From an uncultured Lachnospiraceae bacterium (GTDB lineage: Bacteria; Bacillota; Clostridia; Lachnospirales; Lachnospiraceae): a stretch of 64,000 nucleotides of DNA. Position 1 is the stretch's first letter. Each line of letters starts with the position of its first letter. Positions 45,096-53,779 of this stretch are shown piece by piece. The position numbers and the translations under genes are program-made. The notes beneath the pieces were generated by a model. That model had not been told where the DNA came from and did not search any database. It worked only from the letters and a program-made list of their open reading frames with translations. Location: positions 3,043-67,042 of the forward strand of contig CANPZE010000009.1 of the NCBI GenBank assembly GCA_947589315.1, written 5' to 3'.

Positions 45096-46480
45096 ATGAA
45101 GCATGCAAAGTTATTTTATCCATGTCATTTTCCGGCAGTATCATGATCATGATATTGATTGCCACCCTGTCCCTGCTTAGAAATAAGCTGAGCAGGCAGT
45201 GGCAGTATTATATCTGGCTCATCGCTGTGATCAGACTGTTGCTCCCCTTTGCGCCACAGAATAATCTGGCAAATATGGTATTTCAGAGGGCCGGAGCGGC
45301 GGTAAACAGCGTAAAAACTCTCCACTCAGAGGAGATTCCAGATGCGCAGGGAGAATCTGGAAAAGCTGCGCCGGAACAGTGGGAAATCACAGAAACCCAA
45401 AATACTGATGCCGTATTGCAGCAGACAAATTTTTTCGGTGCCGTCCGGCAATATCTGTGGCTTATCTGGATATTGCCAGCATGTATTTTATTGGCGGCAA
45501 AACTTGCCTCCTACAAAAAACTGCTAAAACAGATCCGCGCCGGAAATGAAGATGTGCAGGACATAGTATTACTTGAACGCTTGGGCAGGCTATTAGAAAA
45601 ACAGCATATCAGAAGTACGATCTCACTTTTCGTAAACAGCACAGTACCATCGCCAATGATGACAGGCGTTTTTAAACCCTGTATCATTCTGCCGTCAACA
45701 GAAATGACGGCTTCCGAATTTGAATGCATTGTTTTACACGAGCTTACTCATTATCGGCGGAAGGATATTCTTTACAAATGGCTGGTGCAGTTTACTATCT
45801 GCATCCATTGGTTTAACCCCTGTTCCTATATTCTGGAACGGATGGTGAACAAGGCTTGCGAATTATCCTGCGATGAAGCTGTCATGCAAAAATTAGATGC
45901 ACATGAACGCTATATTTATGGAGACACCTTATTATATACGGTGGGAAGAAATATAAAATACAGAACCTCCGTATCAACTACCACATTCAGTAATGGGAAA
46001 AAAGATTTAAAAGAAAGGTTGAATGCAATTATGAATTTTAAAAAGAGGACAAAAACTTCTTTTATCGCAGCGTTCGCTTTGTCGGCCGGCCTTTTGGCCA
46101 GCTCCGCCTATCTCGGAGTGTACGCTTCCGGGGAACAGAACGCCCTTGCGAAAAGTACAGCCAGAGTAGCTGCAGATGCGGTGAAGGTACAGAATAAGGG
46201 GGAGGACAGCCTCAAAAAAACCGGGGGAAACAGTGGGAAAGACAATACAATAACGGCTAAAACAGTAAAAAAGATGACAGACAGTCTTAGTGTGGACGGG
46301 ACATATGCTTTTACAGCTAAAGCGCAGAACGCTAAAGCGAAGAACGGAAAGCGCACTGTGAAAATCAAAAACGGGACATATACTTTTACAGCCAAAGCGA
46401 AGAACGGAAAGCATAAGGTGACAGTCAAAAAACGCAAAAAAAAGAACGGAACCTATGCATATGTAGTTTCCGTCAAGTAA
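45092..46480 (+). CDS. BlaR1-like M56 peptidase signal transducer with a non-PBP, Lys-rich repeat C-terminus
   Basis: The ATG overlaps the blaI-like stop (ATGA). Has TM helices and the zinc motif HELTHYRRKD. The C-terminus carries three GTY(A/T)(F/Y) repeats; the first two read GTY(A/T)FTAKA. Confidence 0.85.
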   Translation: MNEACKVILSMSFSGSIMIMILIATLSLLRNKLSRQWQYYIWLIAVIRLLLPFAPQNNLANMVFQRAGAAVNSVKTLHSEEIPDAQGESGKAAPEQWEITETQNTDAVLQQTNFFGAVRQYLWLIWILPACILLAAKLASYKKLLKQIRAGNEDVQDIVLLERLGRLLEKQHIRSTISLFVNSTVPSPMMTGVFKPCIILPSTEMTASEFECIVLHELTHYRRKDILYKWLVQFTICIHWFNPCSYILERMVNKACELSCDEAVMQKLDAHERYIYGDTLLYTVGRNIKYRTSVSTTTFSNGKKDLKERLNAIMNFKKRTKTSFIAAFALSAGLLASSAYLGVYASGEQNALAKSTARVAADAVKVQNKGEDSLKKTGGNSGKDNTITAKTVKKMTDSLSVDGTYAFTAKAQNAKAKNGKRTVKIKNGTYTFTAKAKNGKHKVTVKKRKKKNGTYAYVVSVK

Positions 46481-46529
46481 CCTTAGCACGGCAGGTTATC
46501 CGGCCAGGATCCATATCTGTGCATAAAAA

Positions 46530-46562
46530 CAGAAGCGCATTCTTTCAAAGGATGCGCTTCTG
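46530..46562 (+). terminator. possible terminator hairpin
   Basis: CAGAAGCGCAT ... ATGCGCTTCTG stem, but the U-tail is poor. Confidence 0.4.
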
Positions 46563-46669
46563 TCTCTATAACTTCTGTCTCTATAGAATAATTCTTCTTT
46601 CCAATCGGGACAATTCAGTATATAATAAAACTATTAGAATTTTTACGTTTTAGGAAAGGAATTGGGGCT

Positions 46670-48169
46670 ATGAGGGATATTAATAAGCTGATTAAGGAAT
46701 TGGTGGGGTATGGGATACAAAAGGAGCTGGTACAGCCGGAGGATGAGATTTATACCATCAACCGCCTGCTGGAGCTGTTACAGCTCGACGAGTATGAGGA
46801 CCCCGGTGATACGGCGCCTGCAGAAGATCTGGAACAGACGCTGGGAGACATGATGGACTGGGCGTATGAGCATGGTGTGCTGCAGGAGAATACAGTAGGG
46901 TACCGGGATCTTTTTGATACTAAGCTGATGGGAGCGCTGGTTCCTATGCCGAGTACGGTGATTCAACATTTTCGGGAATTGTACCGGCAATCGCCCCGGG
47001 AGGCAACGCAATTCTATTATGAGTTCAGCAAGGATACGGACTATATCCGCCGTTACCGCATTGCCAGGGACCAGAAATGGACGGCTGAGACGGAATATGG
47101 CACGCTGGACATTACGATCAACCTTTCTAAGCCGGAGAAGGATCCCAAGGCGATCGCAGCGGCCAAGAATGCCAGACAGAGCGCTTATCCCAAATGTCAG
47201 CTGTGCATGGAGAATGAAGGATATGCCGGACGTCTGAACCATCCGGCCCGGCAGAATCATCGTATCATTCCTCTTACCATTGACGGCGGGGAATGGGGCT
47301 TTCAATATTCTCCTTACGTATATTACAACGAGCACTGTATTGTTTTTAATTCCCGGCATATTCCTATGAAGATTGACAGGTCTGCCTTCCGTAAGCTTTT
47401 GGATTTTGTACGGCAGTTTCCTCATTATTTTGTTGGCTCCAATGCAGATCTGCCGATTGTGGGAGGATCCATCCTTTCTCATGAGCATTTCCAGGGAGGA
47501 CATTATGAGTTTGCCATGGAACGTGCCGGCATCCGGGAAAAGATCTCCATTCCCGGCTATGAGCAGGTAGAAGCAGGAATTGTAAACTGGCCTATGTCAG
47601 TCATTCGTATCCGTCATGAGGACAGTGATCTTCTGGTAGAGCTGGCAGACCATATTTTACAAGTCTGGAGAGGATATACGGATGAGCCTGCATTTATCTT
47701 TGCAGAGACGGAGGGAGAGCCGCACAATACCATTACCCCGATCGCCAGAATGCGGGATGGGCAGTATGAACTGGATTTAGTGCTGCGCAATAACATTACT
47801 ACGGAGGAATATCCTCTGGGAGTGTACCATCCCCATCAGGAGCTTCATCATATTAAAAAAGAAAATATCGGATTGATCGAGGTCATGGGGCTTGCCGTGC
47901 TTCCGGCCCGCTTAAAGAACGAAATGAAGAGGCTGGGAGAGTTTCTGATAGAGAACAGGGAAGTGGGAGAGGATGAAGAGCTGGCCAAGCATGCAGACTG
48001 GGTAAAAGAATTCCTGCCCTTATATGAAGAGATCACGCCGGAAAATGTGGAGGGCATCCTGCAGAGGGAGATCGGTAAAGTCTTTGCGAAGGTATTGGAG
48101 CATGCGGGGGTTTATAAAAATACCCCTGAGGGAACGGAAGCATTCCATCGTTTTCTGTCTGCTTTGTAA
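46670..48169 (+). CDS. galT: UDP-glucose--hexose-1-phosphate uridylyltransferase (type 2 GalT)
   Basis: 499 aa, Firmicute-type GalT. Includes SILSHEHFQGG (active-site His-x-His region). Confidence 0.9.
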   Translation: MRDINKLIKELVGYGIQKELVQPEDEIYTINRLLELLQLDEYEDPGDTAPAEDLEQTLGDMMDWAYEHGVLQENTVGYRDLFDTKLMGALVPMPSTVIQHFRELYRQSPREATQFYYEFSKDTDYIRRYRIARDQKWTAETEYGTLDITINLSKPEKDPKAIAAAKNARQSAYPKCQLCMENEGYAGRLNHPARQNHRIIPLTIDGGEWGFQYSPYVYYNEHCIVFNSRHIPMKIDRSAFRKLLDFVRQFPHYFVGSNADLPIVGGSILSHEHFQGGHYEFAMERAGIREKISIPGYEQVEAGIVNWPMSVIRIRHEDSDLLVELADHILQVWRGYTDEPAFIFAETEGEPHNTITPIARMRDGQYELDLVLRNNITTEEYPLGVYHPHQELHHIKKENIGLIEVMGLAVLPARLKNEMKRLGEFLIENREVGEDEELAKHADWVKEFLPLYEEITPENVEGILQREIGKVFAKVLEHAGVYKNTPEGTEAFHRFLSAL

Positions 48170-48218
48170 AATAGGGACAGATATATCAAAATAGTGTTAG
48201 AAAATGCACTGTATGTTA

Positions 48219-48248
48219 TTGACACTGATTTTGTTCCTATCGTATAAT
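48219..48248 (+). promoter_or_regulatory. sigma-A type promoter for the GH94 gene
   Basis: TTGACA (48219-48224), an 18-nt spacer, then TATAAT (48243-48248). Confidence 0.6.
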
Positions 48249-48308
48249 GAAATACATGAAAAGACGTAGCATACATTAAAATGTATCAAATATGAGGAGG
48301 AAATTTCT

Positions 48309-50708
48309 ATGAAGTTTGGTTACTTTGACGAGGAAAGCAGAGAGTATGTCATTACCAGGCCTGACACACCGGCTCCCTGGTGTAACTATCTGGGTTCCCC
48401 GGAGTATGGAGCGATCATTTCCAACAACGCAGGCGGATACAGTTTTGTAAAGAGTGGGGCAAACGGCCGTATTCTTCGTTATCATTTTAATAGTGATGAT
48501 ACGCCGGGACGTTACATTTATCTGCGGGATGATGAGACAGGAGATTTCTGGTCTGCTTCCTGGCAGCCGGTGGGAAAAGATCTGAAAGAGTATAAGAGTG
48601 AAGTGCATCATGGAACGGCCTATACAACTATGATCGCAGAGTATGCCGGAATCCGGTCGGAGGTAGATTATTATGTGCCTCTGGGCAAGGTATATGAAGT
48701 ATGGAGATGTAAAGTGACCAATACTACAGATAAAATCAGGAAGATCTCTGCTTTTGGTTATGCAGAGCTTTCTAATGATGACAATTACAACCAGGATCAG
48801 GTAAATCTGCAGTATTCCCTTTGTACTACGAATACGGTATTCCTCGGGAATAAGATCTTACAGCAGATCAATCTGAATTGGTATAAGGGAGAGGATGGCA
48901 GCAACGGAAAGGAACGCTTCTTCGGACTGGCAGGACAGCCTGTCACGTCTTACAATGGCGACAAAGAGGCCTTTCTGGGAAGATATCACGGCTATGGTAA
49001 TCCTATCGCTGTAGAAACCGGGAAATGCGATGGTGTCTGCAACTACAATGATAATAGCTGCGGCGCGTTACATACGGCTTTGGAGCTGGCTCCCGGCGAG
49101 ACTAAGGAAATGGCCTTTATCTTGGGACATTTTAAGGCTTCCATTGCTGATGAGATTATTGCAGGGTATGAGGATGTGACAGTCTGTGACAGGGAGATTG
49201 GGGAGCTGAAAGAATATTGGCATTCCAAGTTGGACAACTTCAAGATCAATACTCCGAGTCCGGCTTTTAACAGCATGGTAAATACCTGGAACGCCTATCA
49301 GTGTTTCCTGACCTTTACCTGGTCCAGAGCCGCTTCCTTCATATATTGCGGAGAGCGGAACGGATACGGTTACCGCGATACTGTACAGGATATCCAGGGA
49401 GTGATCCATACTGACCCGGAGGCCGCCCTGGAGAAAATCCGGTTTATGCTTTCCGCCCAGGTGGATAATGGAGGCGGGCTGCCGCTGGTGAAGTTTGATC
49501 ACAAGGCGGGCTATGAAGGGACGCCGGACGATCCGGACTATGTGAAAGAAACCGGGCATCCGGCCTACAGGGCAGATGATGCGCTGTGGCTGTTCCCTAC
49601 GGTATATAAATATATTGCTGAGACTGGCAATCTGGACTTTATGGATGAAGAGATCACCTGGTCCAATAAGCCGGAGAAAGTCAGTGTATATGAGCATTTG
49701 AAGAAAGCGATCGATTTCTCTATGGAACATCTGGGGCCTCATGGCCTTCCGGCAGGCCTCCATGCAGACTGGAACGACTGTCTCCGCCTGGGGAAACAGG
49801 GCGAGTCTTCTTTTGTAGCAATGCAGCTGTATTATGCGTTTACGATCATGCGCCAGTTTGCGGAGAAGAAAAAGGACACCGAGTATATTGCGTATCTGGA
49901 TAAGACGCAGAAAGAGGTGGGAGAGAAGATCAATCGTTTCTGGTGGGAGGATGACCGTTTCAACCGCGGCTTTAAAGAGACCGGTGAATTGATCGGTTCC
50001 AAGAAGGATCCGGAGGCGAGCATGTGGCTGAATCCTCAGTCCTGGGCGGTAATCTCTGGATTGGCTACCCAGGAACAGGCAGAGAAGATATTAGAATCTG
50101 TCGACCGGGAGCTGAATACAGAATATGGCGCTAAGGTTATGGCGCCGTCCTATGTGGATCATTATTTTGATGGGGCGCTGGCAGGCCTGTTCCCCCCTTC
50201 TACTAAAGAGAATGGCGGGATTTTCTCCCAGACACAGGGATGGATCATTCTGGCAGAATCCTTAATGGGCCATGGGAATAAAGCATTCCAGTATTTTGAG
50301 GAGAGTTCTCCTTCTTCTCAAAATGAAAAGGCAGAGATCCGTAAGCTGGAGCCGTATGTGCATGGACAGTATACGGAAGGCGATGAGAGTCCCTTCTTTG
50401 GCCGTTCCCATGTCCATTGGCTGACAGGCACTGCTTCTACCTGTATGGTAGGCTGTGTAGAGGGAATCTGCGGAATCCGTCCTGACCTGGACGGCCTGCG
50501 CCTGGCGCCCTCCGTTCCCAGCGATTGGAAGGAGTTTACCATGGAAAAGAACTTCCGGGGCAGGAAGCTGAATATTAAAGTGGAGAATCCCAATGGAGCA
50601 GAATCCGGCTGCAAAGAATTTTATGTTAATGGAGAGAAGCTGGAGGACAATTACGTTCCAGAGAGTAAATTAACGGATATTACCGAGATCAGAATGGTCT
50701 TGAGTTAA
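48309..50708 (+). CDS. GH94 glycoside phosphorylase (cellobiose/chitobiose phosphorylase-like)
   Basis: MKFGYFDEESREYVITRPDTPAPWCNYLG...NAGGYSF closely parallels the N-termini of cellobiose phosphorylases. About 800 aa. Confidence 0.88.
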   Translation: MKFGYFDEESREYVITRPDTPAPWCNYLGSPEYGAIISNNAGGYSFVKSGANGRILRYHFNSDDTPGRYIYLRDDETGDFWSASWQPVGKDLKEYKSEVHHGTAYTTMIAEYAGIRSEVDYYVPLGKVYEVWRCKVTNTTDKIRKISAFGYAELSNDDNYNQDQVNLQYSLCTTNTVFLGNKILQQINLNWYKGEDGSNGKERFFGLAGQPVTSYNGDKEAFLGRYHGYGNPIAVETGKCDGVCNYNDNSCGALHTALELAPGETKEMAFILGHFKASIADEIIAGYEDVTVCDREIGELKEYWHSKLDNFKINTPSPAFNSMVNTWNAYQCFLTFTWSRAASFIYCGERNGYGYRDTVQDIQGVIHTDPEAALEKIRFMLSAQVDNGGGLPLVKFDHKAGYEGTPDDPDYVKETGHPAYRADDALWLFPTVYKYIAETGNLDFMDEEITWSNKPEKVSVYEHLKKAIDFSMEHLGPHGLPAGLHADWNDCLRLGKQGESSFVAMQLYYAFTIMRQFAEKKKDTEYIAYLDKTQKEVGEKINRFWWEDDRFNRGFKETGELIGSKKDPEASMWLNPQSWAVISGLATQEQAEKILESVDRELNTEYGAKVMAPSYVDHYFDGALAGLFPPSTKENGGIFSQTQGWIILAESLMGHGNKAFQYFEESSPSSQNEKAEIRKLEPYVHGQYTEGDESPFFGRSHVHWLTGTASTCMVGCVEGICGIRPDLDGLRLAPSVPSDWKEFTMEKNFRGRKLNIKVENPNGAESGCKEFYVNGEKLEDNYVPESKLTDITEIRMVLS

Positions 50709-50855
50709 TATACTATAAACAATAAGTGTACTGACTTACCGGGCCTGTCCCTGTAACAAGGCATGAAGTGAAATGATCCTGTATGCCTTGTGTATGCAGG
50801 ATTATTTTATTGCAGGGATGGGGTGGAAGGCGGTTACAGAAATGGAGGTAGACAT

Positions 50856-51107
50856 ATGGAAAAAAGAGTTGCGATTTTAGGGATCATCATTGAGAATCCG
50901 GACAGCGTATCAGCAGTGAACGAGCTGCTTCACCAGCACCGGGACGAAATCATCGGAAGAATGGGGATGCCGTATCGGGAGAGAGGAATATCGGTCATCA
51001 GCATTGTTCTGGATACCAGCAATCAGGTTATCAGCAGTCTTTCAGGCAAACTGGGGATGCTGGACGGCGTTAGCGCCAGATCTGTCTGTTCCAAGGGCGC
51101 AGATTAA
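50856..51107 (+). CDS. TM1266-family iron-only hydrogenase system regulator (ACT-like)
   Basis: 83 aa, RVAILGIIIENPDSVSAVNELLHQH...ISVISIVLD, immediately upstream of hydG. Confidence 0.75.
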   Translation: MEKRVAILGIIIENPDSVSAVNELLHQHRDEIIGRMGMPYRERGISVISIVLDTSNQVISSLSGKLGMLDGVSARSVCSKGAD

Positions 51108-51124
51108 AAAGGGGGCGGCGAAAA

Positions 51125-52546
51125 ATGGAATATAATCCAAAATCAATGGTGGCAGAGGAATTCATTAATGACGAGGAGATAAGAGAGTCGTTAGAGTATG
51201 CCAAAAAGAATAAAGACAACCGGGAACTGGCGATGAAGATCCTGGAAAAGGCAAAGCTGGCAAAGGGAGTCAGCCATAGAGAAGCGGCTTTGCTGATGGA
51301 ATGCGATATTCCGGAGGTAAATGAGGAGATTACAAAGCTGGCAGTAGAGATCAAAGAAAAGTTTTATGGAAAACGAATCGTGATGTTTGCCCCTCTTTAT
51401 CTGTCAAATTATTGTGTGAATGGCTGTACATACTGTCCCTATCATGCCAAAAACAAGCACATTGCCAGAAAGAAATTGACACAGGAGGAGATCCGCCGGG
51501 AAGTGATTGCCTTACAGGATATGGGACATAAGCGCCTGGCTATTGAGGCGGGAGAAGATCCGGTGAACAATCCGCTGGAATATATTTTGGAATCTATTGA
51601 CACGATCTATAGCATTAAGCATAAGAATGGAGCGATCCGCCGCGTAAATGTGAACATTGCAGCCACTACGGTGGAAAATTATACGAGGCTGAAGAATGCC
51701 GGCATTGGTACGTATATTCTTTTTCAGGAAACCTATAATAAGGAATCCTATGAACAGCTCCATCCCACCGGGCCTAAGCATGATTATGCCTATCACACGG
51801 AAGCCATGGATCGGGCGATGGAAGGCGGTATTGATGACGTAGGCCTGGGGGTATTGTTTGGCCTGGAGGGATATCTGTATGAATTGGTGGGCATCCTGAT
51901 GCATGCGGAGCATTTGGAGGCCGTGCATGGTGTTGGCCCCCATACGATCAGCGTTCCCAGGATCTGTCCCGCCGATGATATTGATACGAAAGATTTCTCT
52001 AATGCAGTGCCGGATGAAATTTTTGAGAAAATTGTAGCAGTGATCCGGATCGCCGTACCTTATACGGGAATGATCGTATCTACCAGGGAATCCCAGAGAA
52101 CCAGGGAAAAGGTACTGCGTCTGGGAATTTCCCAGATCAGCGGAGGATCCCGGACCAGTGTAGGCGGCTATGTAGAGCCGGAGCCGGAGGAGGAGAATTC
52201 CGCCCAGTTTGATGTCAGTGACACGAGAACGCTGGACCAGGTAGTCAATTGGCTGATCGAATTAGGGTATATCCCCAGCTTTTGTACTGCATGTTACCGG
52301 GCAGGGCGTACCGGCGACCGGTTTATGTCCCTGTTGAAATCGGGCCAGATTGTGAATTGCTGTCAGCCGAATGCGCTGATGACCTTAAAAGAATATCTGG
52401 AAGATTATGCATCGCCGGATACGAAAGCCAAGGGAGAGAAACTGATCGAACGGGAAATTCTGAATGTACCCAATGAAGCGGTAAGGAATAAAGCGATAGA
52501 ATACCTGAACCAGCTGGGAAGCGGTAAAAGAGATTTTCGTTTTTAG
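51125..52546 (+). CDS. hydG: [FeFe]-hydrogenase H-cluster maturase HydG (radical SAM)
   Basis: Radical SAM motif CVNGCTYCPY and the C-terminal HydG-specific cluster motif CTAC...x21...CC. Confidence 0.9.
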   Translation: MEYNPKSMVAEEFINDEEIRESLEYAKKNKDNRELAMKILEKAKLAKGVSHREAALLMECDIPEVNEEITKLAVEIKEKFYGKRIVMFAPLYLSNYCVNGCTYCPYHAKNKHIARKKLTQEEIRREVIALQDMGHKRLAIEAGEDPVNNPLEYILESIDTIYSIKHKNGAIRRVNVNIAATTVENYTRLKNAGIGTYILFQETYNKESYEQLHPTGPKHDYAYHTEAMDRAMEGGIDDVGLGVLFGLEGYLYELVGILMHAEHLEAVHGVGPHTISVPRICPADDIDTKDFSNAVPDEIFEKIVAVIRIAVPYTGMIVSTRESQRTREKVLRLGISQISGGSRTSVGGYVEPEPEEENSAQFDVSDTRTLDQVVNWLIELGYIPSFCTACYRAGRTGDRFMSLLKSGQIVNCCQPNALMTLKEYLEDYASPDTKAKGEKLIEREILNVPNEAVRNKAIEYLNQLGSGKRDFRF

Positions 52547-52626
52547 GGCTTTAAAATTCATCAGGGGGTATGTAGCGCTGGGGATGTTTTTGTCCCAGCG
52601 CTACATACCCCCTAAAAAGGAAGGAA

Positions 52627-52668
52627 GCATGCGGTCATGGTGCAAAACCGCATGCCTCTTATCTTTTG
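52627..52668. terminator. bidirectional terminator between hydG and the convergent PocR-MCP gene
   Basis: GCATGCGGT ... ACCGCATGC stem with T-rich flanks on both strands. Confidence 0.6.
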
Positions 52669-52734
52669 GAAAATATATATTATCACTATGAACAATATAT
52701 ATGGACCTAAGTTAAGCCGAACGCCTGATAATAT

Positions 52735-53520
52735 TTAATTGTGTTCAAATAAAGAAGACAGAGTAGAAATGGTTTCTGTAATCTCAGCTACAGAACGCTC
52801 AATGTCGTTATAAATAACGGCAGACTGAGACGACAGATCCTGCATACTCTTTGCGACTACGGCAAATCCGACACCTGCCTCACCGCTCCGGGCGGCCTCG
52901 ATACTTGCATTAAGAGACAGGATTTTCTGTTTATTAGCAATCGCCTTCAAGTGGCTGGTGTTATCATTAATTGTCTGGATCAGTCCGGTAGACTGTTCCA
53001 CTTCCTTTTGTAAAATGTTAAGGCGGTCCGCATTAGAATATTTGAAATATTCCAGGTTGACCAGCTGGTTTACAATAATCCCCAGTAAGTTTGCCGCTGC
53101 ACGGATTCTTTTTTCTGTACTGACAGGAACTTTACGCAATGCCTGAATATACTGATCGGGATTAATCCCCAGTTCTGTGGCGGTTTGACGAAAAACATCT
53201 TCGTCAGGAGGATTGGGGAGAACTTGTCCGCCGATAATGGCACCGACTTTCTCGCCATTGACAAGGATATCAACAGAAAAATCCATCAGCCCCGCGTGGC
53301 AAAAATATGTACCAGTACATTCATTATCACATTTTACACATCGGCGGTTACCCTCTGCAGACCCTCGTGTGTATTTCATACAGAAGTCAGTAAAATTGCT
53401 GCCTTCGGTTAAATACTCACCGTGGATACCGACTGCAATGGCAGCCAATCCTGTCGCATCGGAAAAATTGTCTTGAATCTTTTGTAATTTGGATAGATCC
53501 ATAAAATCCTTTAGTTCCAT
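52735..53520 (-). CDS. soluble PocR-domain protein fused to a minimal methyl-accepting signalling segment
   Basis: PocR-like Cys/His-rich sensor (FCMKYTRGSAEGNRRCVKCD...YFCHAGL), then the MCP hairpin-tip consensus ILSLNASIEAARSGEAGVGFAVVA. No TM and no HAMP domain. Confidence 0.8.
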   Translation of the reverse strand: MELKDFMDLSKLQKIQDNFSDATGLAAIAVGIHGEYLTEGSNFTDFCMKYTRGSAEGNRRCVKCDNECTGTYFCHAGLMDFSVDILVNGEKVGAIIGGQVLPNPPDEDVFRQTATELGINPDQYIQALRKVPVSTEKRIRAAANLLGIIVNQLVNLEYFKYSNADRLNILQKEVEQSTGLIQTINDNTSHLKAIANKQKILSLNASIEAARSGEAGVGFAVVAKSMQDLSSQSAVIYNDIERSVAEITETISTLSSLFEHN

Positions 53521-53779
53521 AAACCCTCCATTCTGAATCAGCTAAAACACAATATTTGCTGTGTCAGACCATGGTGTTTTAACTAATTCACCCCCTCAAC
53601 TTGTATACATTATACCATAACAAAAAAATATTACAATCCTTTTCTTGAAAAAGTTTAAATTTTTTTGCAGAAGTTGGACAAGCTTTTATTTTTCCGTATA
53701 TTTATAGGATGAAATTCTTGACGTTACAGGGGTTGGTGTGTTTTAATAAAGTGGTATAAGAATGGAGGTACGTGTACAG

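Noticed and set aside
48255-48295. Possible cre/LacI-type operator (TGAAAAGACGTAGCA) and the palindrome ATACATTAAAATGTAT between the promoter and the GH94 start.
   Set aside because: The first does not fit TGWAANCGNTNWCA. The palindrome is real, but I cannot tie it to any regulator family. It is mentioned only as a low-confidence operator candidate.
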